Assembly: GCA_041690135.1 (NCBI GenBank)
Contig: JAWLHY010000003.1
Coordinates: 128,001 to 192,000, forward strand
DNA from: Armatimonadota bacterium
GTDB lineage: Bacteria; Armatimonadota; SYMT01
Length of the DNA stretch: 64,000 nucleotides
Direction: 5' to 3'
Below the pieces are notes generated by a model. The model did not search any database. It saw only the letters and a program-made list of their open reading frames with translations, and had not been told where the DNA came from. How positions within the stretch are numbered: position 1 is the stretch's first letter; each line of letters opens with the position of its first letter. Shown here piece after piece: positions 56,531 to 64,000 of the stretch. A program made the translations under genes and the position numbers.

Positions 56531-57239
56531 CGTGATGCGTAAGTCTCGTGCGCGGCAGGTGCGGAAGCAAGGATAGGACCTCGCACAATGCTGTATTGCG
56601 TGATGCGTATTGCATAAGGGCTCGTGCGGGGGCGAGTGCGGAGGCAAGCGTGGTGCCTCGAACAGGGCTGTACTGCGTGACTCTCGTGCCGGAGTGGGTG
56701 GGTGGCGGGGATGCAGCCTCGTTCGTAGCCGTGAAACGTGAAACGTCCGCCCACGGGGCACCCGGTGACGGTCCGGGACGGGGTGCGGCAAAAATGCCCT
56801 TTCTACCAACCAGAACTACATTGCCGCTGCACGACCCGGTTGTTGCAGAGGGTGAGGTCAACGGCCCAACCTGTGTAGGTTTCAACAAGCTGAACCTGTG
56901 TGCCTCTGTGCGGCCGGCATCCACCCCAAAAGAAAGGGCAGGAAACCCGGAACCCCACGTGTGACGGAGTATTAACCGGCACGCCTGATCCGGCCCCGGG
57001 AACACGCATAGGCAAAACAACGCCAATCCTGCCCCAGACTCTCACTGGGTGCCCCGTGGGCGGACGTTCGCGGACCGCGCGACGAGGCCACACCTTTCCC
57101 CGCACCGCCCACGCACGTGAGGCAGCCCTTACGCATTACGCATCACGCATTACGAAGCTCACGCATCACGCACTACGAGCCGCGGACGAGGCTCTACCCT
57201 TGCCTCCGCACCTGCCGCGCACGAAAACGACGCATCACG
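56531..57239. repeat. Large imperfect inverted repeat (arms about 56531-56787 and 57026-57239) built from CGTGC-N-CCTCG modules
   Basis: 56531-56583 vs revcomp 57187-57239 = 45/53; 56742-56768 vs revcomp 57042-57068 = 26/27. Confidence 0.85.
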
Positions 57240-57249
57240 GACCAAACCC

Positions 57250-58632
57250 ATGTCACTCACCCGACGCAACCTGTTGAAATCCACCGCGGCCGCTACCGGG
57301 CTCGGCACCCTGGCGACCGGCGCCCTCACTACGGAAGCGAAGACGGCACCAACTGCTGGGGCCGCCGGGGGCGGTAACAGCGGTCCCATTCCCGTACCGG
57401 CCCCCCGGATCGCCCGCTTCGAGCGCATGGCCTTCGGGATGTTCGTCCACTGGGGCCTCTACTCGCAGATCGGCCGCGGCGAGTGGGCCAAGAACAACCA
57501 GAAGATCCCTACCGACGAATACATGAAGCTGATGAAGACCTTCACCGCGAAGGACTTCAGCGGACGGGAGTTCGCACGGATGGCGAAGCGGGCGGGGATG
57601 AAGTATATCACCCTCACCAGCCGCCACCACGACGGTTTCAGCCTGTACGATACGCGGGGCCTCTCGAAGTACGACGTAATGCACACTCCGGCCAAGCGGG
57701 ACCTCATCCGCAACTTCGTCGAGGGCTGCCGCGCGGAGGGCATCACCCCGATGCTCTACTGCACCACCCTCGACTGGACCGAGCCGCGCTTCGAGGCCGA
57801 TTTCCCCGCCTACCTGCAGTACCTGCGGGACAGCATTGAGCTGCTCTGCACCCGGTACGGCCCCATCGGCGGCTTCTGGTTCGACGGCAACTGGAGCAAG
57901 CCCAAGGCGGACTGGCAGGAAGATAAGCTGTACGCCGTCATCCGGAAGCACCAGCCGGAAGCGCTGATCATCAACAACACCGGCATCGGCTCCGGCGGCA
58001 AGCTGGGGAACCCGGAGATCGACAGCGTCACCTTCGAGCGCGGCCGGCCGAAACCACTCGACCGCCGCGGGCACCCCAAGTACGTGGCCGCCGAGATGTG
58101 CCACACGATGAACTTCCACTGGGGTATCGCGAACCAGGACTTCAACATGCTCTCGCCCGCCCACGTGATCGAGGAACTCTGCCTCTCCCGACGGGCCGGC
58201 GCCAATCTCTTGATGAATCTCGGTCCGGAAGCTCAGGGGAAACTCCCTGCCTATGAGTCCGCGGCGTTTGCCCGCGTGGGCGATTGGATCCAGATACACG
58301 GCGGCGACTCCGGCCCCATCTACCAGGGACGCCCCACCATGATCTCCGGGGATGGCGAGGACTTCGCCCTGGAGTTGAACGGCGACCTCTATCTGTTTGT
58401 CTTCGGCCTTACGCCCACGGCGAACACCCAGGCTCACGGCAGCGGCGGGAAGGGTCCGGGCAAGCGGCTGTTCAAAGGGGTGGAAAAGGCCTATCGCACG
58501 GCCCAGTGGATGGACAACGGCGAAGACCTGAAGTTGGAGTATGACGTTACCGGTAAGCAGCTCACACTCCACGCCACGCGCTACCCCTACGGGACGAACA
58601 CCGTGGTAAGGGTGGCGCGCGTTCGGGCCTAA
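57250..58632 (+). CDS. Tat-exported GH29 alpha-L-fucosidase family protein
   Basis: TRRNLLK Tat motif; FGMFVHWGLYS, TSRHHDGF, FWFDG, LMNLGP. Confidence 0.93.
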   Translation: MSLTRRNLLKSTAAATGLGTLATGALTTEAKTAPTAGAAGGGNSGPIPVPAPRIARFERMAFGMFVHWGLYSQIGRGEWAKNNQKIPTDEYMKLMKTFTAKDFSGREFARMAKRAGMKYITLTSRHHDGFSLYDTRGLSKYDVMHTPAKRDLIRNFVEGCRAEGITPMLYCTTLDWTEPRFEADFPAYLQYLRDSIELLCTRYGPIGGFWFDGNWSKPKADWQEDKLYAVIRKHQPEALIINNTGIGSGGKLGNPEIDSVTFERGRPKPLDRRGHPKYVAAEMCHTMNFHWGIANQDFNMLSPAHVIEELCLSRRAGANLLMNLGPEAQGKLPAYESAAFARVGDWIQIHGGDSGPIYQGRPTMISGDGEDFALELNGDLYLFVFGLTPTANTQAHGSGGKGPGKRLFKGVEKAYRTAQWMDNGEDLKLEYDVTGKQLTLHATRYPYGTNTVVRVARVRA

Positions 58633-58641
58633 CGGGGCTCT

Positions 58642-58720
58642 GTTAACCGCCAAGACGCCAAGAGCGCCAAGACAAGAGCGTTCTTCCCCTCGTGGCGTCC
58701 TTGGCGTCTTGGCGGTTAAC
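58642..58720. repeat. Palindromic CGCCAAG(A)-unit element with 21-bp perfect terminal inverted repeats
   Basis: GTTAACCGCCAAGACGCCAAG (58642-58662) and its reverse complement (58700-58720), between convergent genes. Confidence 0.85.
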
Positions 58721-58726
58721 TCTCCA

Positions 58727-59848
58727 TCAGTCCGGGATGAGCCGCACGGTCTCCCCAAACGGGAACCGGTCGAGATCCAGGCCCCCGGCGGTGACGACCC
58801 AGAGGACCGGGAGGCGCGGGGCGGCCTCGGGGAAGGCGCCGTAGCCGTCCGTCAGGTAGAGGCAGACGCCTTCCACTTCGGCCTGGGTCTCGCGCTCCAC
58901 CGCCGCGAAGAACGGGCGGAAGTCGGTGCCTCCTCCGCCTTGCGGTGGGGGTAGAGCGGCGCCCGAGCCGAGGCGATAAGGGCCGTAGGCAGCCGCATCC
59001 ACGTAGTAAAGGTCGCAGAGGAGGTCCGGGTAGGCGGAGAGGATGCCATGGACCTCCCCCAGGAACTGCGCCAACTCGCGCTCGCTGATGGAACCGCTGG
59101 TGTCGATGCCGACGTGCACGCGCACCGTCTCCGTCTCCAGCCCTTCCAGGTAGAGACCGCGACCGATGAAGCGGCGGTCGAAGCCGGAGAAATCGGTGGG
59201 GGTGCGCACCATGTAGCGCCACAGGTGCGAACGCCAGTCGAGACGGGAAGGTTCCAGGCAACCCAACTCGCGAGTTAGGCCGGCGGGTAGGGAGCCCTGG
59301 CCCAGGCTGCGCACCAGGACCGCTGCCTGCGTCCGCGCCTGCCGCCACTGGTTCTCCAACTCCACCGCGGTGGCTCCGGTTGGGAGGTCCAGCAGGTCAC
59401 GGAACCGGCAGAGGACTTCGCCCAGCCCGCCGCCCCGTTGGAGCAGCTCGTACACTTCCTCCACGGAGAGCTTCTCCATCTCCTTGTCGCGGAGGGTGTC
59501 CTTCGGCAGGGAGAACCCCGGCAACGGAGCGATGATCCCGTTGACCACGATATCGGCCGCGATATTCCACAACTCCGGGTCGCGGGTGCCCCGGCGGGGA
59601 ACGTGCAGCAGTGCGGCGTGCAATACCTCATGCAACATCACGCCGTCCAGCTCCGCCTGGCCCAGGGAGAGGAGAAACTCCGGGTTCCAGAAGAGGTCCC
59701 GCCCATCCGTGGCTGCCGTCGGGCAGGTTTCGGTGAGGACGATGCGTGCAAAGAGGGCCAGGGTCGCGAAGAACGGGGCGCGCGACCGCAGCCGCAGCAT
59801 CGAAGCGCTGATCCGGCGCTGGGCTCGTTCGAGGTGGGGATCACTCAC
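58727..59848 (-). CDS. DUF2201-type protein: HExxH putative metallopeptidase plus vWA domain
   Basis: TAATDG, LHEVLH..LH, WNIAADIVVN; MIDAS DTSGS, GGGTDF, LTDGYG; GTG start overlaps the ATPase stop (GTGA). Confidence 0.88.
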   Translation of the reverse strand: MSDPHLERAQRRISASMLRLRSRAPFFATLALFARIVLTETCPTAATDGRDLFWNPEFLLSLGQAELDGVMLHEVLHAALLHVPRRGTRDPELWNIAADIVVNGIIAPLPGFSLPKDTLRDKEMEKLSVEEVYELLQRGGGLGEVLCRFRDLLDLPTGATAVELENQWRQARTQAAVLVRSLGQGSLPAGLTRELGCLEPSRLDWRSHLWRYMVRTPTDFSGFDRRFIGRGLYLEGLETETVRVHVGIDTSGSISERELAQFLGEVHGILSAYPDLLCDLYYVDAAAYGPYRLGSGAALPPPQGGGGTDFRPFFAAVERETQAEVEGVCLYLTDGYGAFPEAAPRLPVLWVVTAGGLDLDRFPFGETVRLIPD

Positions 59849-60846
59849 TGGCGCAGCAACTCCGCGTACTCTTGCAGGAACCGCTGCAGCCGGGCGTCCC
59901 GCTGGACGATCTGTGCCAGGACTCCCATCTGCCCGCGTTCCCGCAGGAGCCGGAAGAGGTCCTGGGCAAAGAGCTGCACCCACTCCGCGGGGGCGCGGTC
60001 CGCCAGCCAGCGGAAGGCATGGAACGCTTTGCCCGCGTCCGTGGCACGCGTGGTGAGACCGATGGCAACGGCGTAACGCACGGAGGGGGCCTCCGGAAAG
60101 GAGATCCGCTCGCCCCGACCTTCCAGGATGGCGGCCAGGTCCGGCAGGGACCCGTAGACCTCCAGGTAAGCCATGAACTCCGCGGCGGCCCCCTCCCCCA
60201 CCACCGGTGCCACGTCCAGGCCCACGGCGTGCAGGCTGCCGGCCATGGTCCAGGAGCGCGGAGAAGGCCACGCCACCTGCTGCGGGTCATGCTTGTGCAA
60301 GAGGGAGGGTCGGAACGCAAGGAACGCCAGCACCTGCTCGTGCAGCCCGCTGGCCAGCGAGTGGGTCTTGAAGCTGTCGAAGTCCGGGCTCACATCCAGG
60401 TGTAGGAACCGGTTCGCGAGCGGGGCCGGCATCTCGAAAACGGAGGCACGGTCCTCCTTCCGATTGCCGGCCGCCCAGATAAACCAGCCTTCCGGCACCG
60501 TATACGAGCCGACGCGACGGTCCAGGATCAACTGCTGGGCGATTCCCTGCATGGCCGGCGGCGCCATGTTCAGCTCATCCAGGAAGAGGACGCCCCGGCC
60601 CCCGTCCGGCAGGAACTCCGGCGGGTACCAGCGCGAGCGCCCCCCTTCCGGAACGGGGAGCCCGCGGAGATCCGTCGGCGCCAACTGGGAAAGGCGCACG
60701 TCCACGAACTCCAGCCCGTGCGCCGCCGCGACCTGCGCCACGATGTTCGATTTCCCGATGCCGGGCGGCCCCCAGATCATGGTGCTGAGCATCATCCGGT
60801 GCTCGACCAGCTTCTGGAGATAGTTCTTCAGCGCCTGCGGAGTCAC
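59845..60846 (-). CDS. MoxR-like AAA+ ATPase
   Basis: Walker A GPPGIGKS, Walker B LFLDELN, AAGN, LANRF Arg finger, PSPRSW sensor 2. Confidence 0.92.
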   Translation of the reverse strand: MTPQALKNYLQKLVEHRMMLSTMIWGPPGIGKSNIVAQVAAAHGLEFVDVRLSQLAPTDLRGLPVPEGGRSRWYPPEFLPDGGRGVLFLDELNMAPPAMQGIAQQLILDRRVGSYTVPEGWFIWAAGNRKEDRASVFEMPAPLANRFLHLDVSPDFDSFKTHSLASGLHEQVLAFLAFRPSLLHKHDPQQVAWPSPRSWTMAGSLHAVGLDVAPVVGEGAAAEFMAYLEVYGSLPDLAAILEGRGERISFPEAPSVRYAVAIGLTTRATDAGKAFHAFRWLADRAPAEWVQLFAQDLFRLLRERGQMGVLAQIVQRDARLQRFLQEYAELLRQ

Positions 60847-60870
60847 GAATACCCGTCCTTTCCTATCTGC

Positions 60871-62508
60871 TTACTCCCTGGTCCGTTCCGCATTCCCACT
60901 CGAAACGAACGAACCCGGGTCCGTAGTTCGAAGTCCACCTTCCCTCACCGAATCCGGCAGCGGAACCTTTAAACGGGCCCGGACCGCGGCCCGGACGAAC
61001 CGGTTGCCGTCGTCCAGCAAAGGCGCGAGATCACCTTCCGGCGTGGCGGGATGGAGCGCTGCAGCGAGACGATCCACCCAGTGGCAGGAGGCCAGGTAGG
61101 GCTCCGCCTGGAGGGCCGCCGCCTCCAGGTGAAGTATCCCCACGAACCGGCAAACCGGATGGAACTCACTTACTGCGTGGACGCGAGCCTGATGGCGTAG
61201 TCGCACCAGTGTGTGGACGGAGAGATCCGGGCGGCGAGCGAGCCGGAGACGCGCCGGCACTTCCGAGTGTCTCACGAGCTTCAACTGGAGATCTATCGGG
61301 GTGAGCGGATGGCCGGCCACGAAGCAGCGGTCATCCGCACTTCCGGAAAAGACCAGCGTGAGCAGGTGATCCCGGATATCCGCCAGCTTCTCCGGGGGGA
61401 GCGTGTTCCCGAGCGCACGCAGCACAGGACGGGGGTACCGAGCAAGAATCTCGATGGGTGCATCGGGGTTGCAGGCACCCAGTGTGGGGATCCCGCGGTC
61501 GGCCTTTGGGCTCGACATCTCTAAAGTAATGTCCTCTTCGGGCCGGCGTTTCTTCGCCAGGGAAGCGCTTCGCCGGACGCAGGGATCGCGGTCGTCGGCC
61601 AGCCGCACGCGAATCTCATCCGGGGTGGACGGGTTGCGGGCAACGCGAACTCGCACGGGGCGGAGCGCATCGCCCGCCAGACGGACCAGGTCTTCACGCG
61701 GAGTGTTCGGATGCCGCGCCGCGACGATGCGGGCCCAGGCCCCACCGCGAGCAAGCTGCGCCAGCGCCCGGGACGGAAGCGTAGGATCCGGCCGCGCCAG
61801 CCGGCCGGCCCGCCGAGAACCCGCGGCCCGCTCCAGGAGACCGGCCAGTCCTTCGCACTCCGCGCTGCGGGCCATCCCCGCCACCACCGCCCGTAGCGCC
61901 GCGAACTCGCCGGATGCGGCGGCCGCTTCCATCACCAGGGCCGGAGCCAGTCCGAGCTCCACGATCTCCAATAAGCGATCGTATACCGGAGTGCACGCCT
62001 CAGCGAACGCCCCACTCAACTCGCGGGCCCAACCGGGCCCCACCTCCCCGGACAGTCCCACGTGATGCCGGGCAGCCATGGCCACCTCATGCTCCGGATG
62101 ATCGGTAAGAGACGCCAGTAGCGGGCGGGATACCTGGGAGCGTCGCAGCAGTTCCTGGCAGAGAATACCGGGTAGGGCTCTCCACACGTCGGGACGCTCC
62201 AGAACGGCGAGATCGAGCGCGGGATTACGAACCACCAATTGGGGATGGAACAGCAGGAGATCTCGCAGGACGTCCGGAGGGGTGTTGGGGTTCAGCGCCA
62301 CCGCCTCTCGTAGCCACGACTCCAGGCCGGCCATTCCCGACCACTCCGCGATTTGCCGCAGCCGGTCGGCGGGAGTTTGGGGGTCCAGCGCATCGGAAGC
62401 CAGTTGCGCCAGTTCGTGCGGATACGGCGGGATCGTTCCATACCGGGGTCGGTCGAGCCGAAGCCTCGCCAGGTTGAGCACCACGTAGGAAGTCAACATC
62501 AACGGCAT
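60871..62508 (-). CDS. Leucine-rich-variant (LRV)/HEAT-like repeat protein
   Basis: VALNPNTP, ARHPNTP, ARNPSTP, ALHPATP...DDGNRFVRAAV repeats; start approximate. Confidence 0.8.
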   Translation of the reverse strand: MPLMLTSYVVLNLARLRLDRPRYGTIPPYPHELAQLASDALDPQTPADRLRQIAEWSGMAGLESWLREAVALNPNTPPDVLRDLLLFHPQLVVRNPALDLAVLERPDVWRALPGILCQELLRRSQVSRPLLASLTDHPEHEVAMAARHHVGLSGEVGPGWARELSGAFAEACTPVYDRLLEIVELGLAPALVMEAAAASGEFAALRAVVAGMARSAECEGLAGLLERAAGSRRAGRLARPDPTLPSRALAQLARGGAWARIVAARHPNTPREDLVRLAGDALRPVRVRVARNPSTPDEIRVRLADDRDPCVRRSASLAKKRRPEEDITLEMSSPKADRGIPTLGACNPDAPIEILARYPRPVLRALGNTLPPEKLADIRDHLLTLVFSGSADDRCFVAGHPLTPIDLQLKLVRHSEVPARLRLARRPDLSVHTLVRLRHQARVHAVSEFHPVCRFVGILHLEAAALQAEPYLASCHWVDRLAAALHPATPEGDLAPLLDDGNRFVRAAVRARLKVPLPDSVREGGLRTTDPGSFVSSGNAERTRE

Positions 62509-62624
62509 ACCGTCGCCCTCACCCCGATCCCCCTTTCCCAAGCAGACGCGGGCGGGCAGCCGGATGTTCCCCGGTAACCGCGTCGAGGGACGGCGGTGCC
62601 GGACGCGGTGAGAGCAGCCGGCTA

Positions 62625-64000
62625 TCAGCCGACGCCCCACAGGCACTCGGGTGGCGGGTTCCCCGTCAGGCGCCAGCGGGCGGCGGCGCGAACCAGGCGG
62701 TTACCGTCCCGCGCCAGCTTCTCCAGGAGGTCGTACGGAGGAGTGGGGTGGAGGGTGACTCCCAGGCGCACCTGCCAGCGGTGGCTCCGGCTCGCGGTGC
62801 GCAAGTGCTTTTCCGGTAGGGCCGGATGGGACAGGCCGAGGATCGCCGGCAGCGGTTCGTGACAGCCGCCGCAAGCCGCCAGGACCTTCTCCCGCAGCAT
62901 CTCCCCGGCCTCCACGGGTAGGTGACGGTTCCGCCAAAGGCTCCGACGGACTTGCACGCTGGGGTCTTCCGCCAGGCGGACGAGGGCCTCGGGAGACCGC
63001 ACGCGCCACGCAGCGCCGGCGGCGTATTTCTCAATCAGCTCCGCCGGAGCCACCGGGTTGCGGAGCACGGCCCGCGTGATTTCCGCGCTCCATCCACGCG
63101 CCAACCCGGACAGCGTCTTTGCCGGGGTATTGCGATTCCGGGCCACTCGCAGACGGATCGCGTCGTACCGGCTGGTGGCCAGCCGCTCCAGGGCCAACGG
63201 CGGGGTCGCGGGGTTCCCGGCCACAGCCAAGCGAATGTCGCGCTCGCGGTCGCTTGCCAGTCGCATCAGCAGGTCCGGCGGCTGCGCGCGGTCCCGAGCC
63301 AGGGCGAGGCGCACCGGGATGGCCAGCCCCGCCACCCACTCCTTCAGCGACACCTCCGCAGGCGGCTCCGGCAGGGGAAGCCGGATTGTCTCAAGAGGTT
63401 CCGTGGGCTGGAGTCTCCCGCATCCGGCACACGCGGGTTCCGGAGTTGCGATCGGGCGCAACGCCCGCTCCGCCGAGTTCCGCACGCGGGTGTCGGGGTC
63501 GCAGGCCAGGTCCTCCGCGACTCCCATCGGGATAGCCGGATGCCGGGCCACCGCGGCGCGGACTCGAGCCTCCGGGTCCCGGGCGAGGCGGCACAACAAC
63601 TCCGCGGGTGCGCTTTCATTCCGGGCCACGGCGAGACGCTCCCGCAGGCGTGGGGAGGCGGCCAGCGTTTCTAGAGCCTCCACCGGAGTGGCCGGATGCC
63701 GCGCTACCGCGCGCCGGACCGCCACCTCCGGATCGGCGGCCAGGCACTCCAGGAGTTCCGGCGGCGTGTTCGGGTGCCGAGCCGCCAGCCTGCGGAGCCA
63801 GGTCCCTCCGGCTGCCAGGCAGGCGAGCTCTTCCGGTGCGGCAGGCACGTCCGGGCGAACGGGACCGCTGAGGTCCCAGGTGCCCGTGAGCCGCCGCAAC
63901 AGGTCGAAGAGAGGCTGATAGCCGGAGTTGCGGCGGGCTCCCCAGCAGAAAGAGACGCGTTCCCACCGACGGAGTTGCTCTCCCAGCAGCCGCTCCGCCA
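62625..64000 (-). CDS. LRV/HEAT-like repeat protein, paralogue of the downstream gene; 5' end beyond right edge
   Basis: Frame stays open from 63899 to 64000; VRxAVA(R/G)(H/N)PxTP repeats; C-terminal RDGNRLVRAAA. Confidence 0.85.
   Translation of the reverse strand, partial: AERLLGEQLRRWERVSFCWGARRNSGYQPLFDLLRRLTGTWDLSGPVRPDVPAAPEELACLAAGGTWLRRLAARHPNTPPELLECLAADPEVAVRRAVARHPATPVEALETLAASPRLRERLAVARNESAPAELLCRLARDPEARVRAAVARHPAIPMGVAEDLACDPDTRVRNSAERALRPIATPEPACAGCGRLQPTEPLETIRLPLPEPPAEVSLKEWVAGLAIPVRLALARDRAQPPDLLMRLASDRERDIRLAVAGNPATPPLALERLATSRYDAIRLRVARNRNTPAKTLSGLARGWSAEITRAVLRNPVAPAELIEKYAAGAAWRVRSPEALVRLAEDPSVQVRRSLWRNRHLPVEAGEMLREKVLAACGGCHEPLPAILGLSHPALPEKHLRTASRSHRWQVRLGVTLHPTPPYDLLEKLARDGNRLVRAAARWRLTGNPPPECLWGVG

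Noticed and set aside
56531-56745. CRISPR array
   Set aside because: Constant parts are only 5-mers plus heptamer runs, the 'spacers' are mutually homologous, and there are no cas genes
56794-56964. 56-aa ORF in the core of the inverted-repeat element
   Set aside because: No SD, atypical codon usage and no motif

Overview
High-GC bacterial chromosome segment. The two outer-membrane barrel genes point to a diderm, and the many Tat/Sec-exported hydrolases suggest an Armatimonadota/Planctomycetota-like soil or sediment organism (inference only). It holds about 50 CDS: glycan and peptide catabolic enzymes (GH29, GH32, BNR/sialidase-like proteins, sulfatase, two S9 peptidases, M28, GGT, three Gfo/Idh/MocA oxidoreductases), aroC, several sensor kinases, a globin, MarR-DoxX, and at the right end a MoxR-type AAA+/DUF2201-vWA pair downstream of two paralogous LRV/HEAT-repeat genes. 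I saw no rRNA, tRNA, CRISPR array or transposase. Most notable: (1) a full-length LigD/LigC-type ligase with the adenylated Lys replaced by Arg plus other active-site changes; (2) the LRV-LRV-AAA-metallopeptidase/vWA operon; (3) a modular CGTGC-N25-29-CCTCG repeat in 7 copies, five of which build a large inverted repeat around a divergent promoter region; (4) a promoter-hairpin-terminator sRNA candidate inside a globin/heme-PAS/kinase cluster; (5) a structured element duplicated 23 kb apart; (6) paired MarR operators. The left-edge haloperoxidase gene is missing from the ORF track. All calls are by eye, with no database searches.
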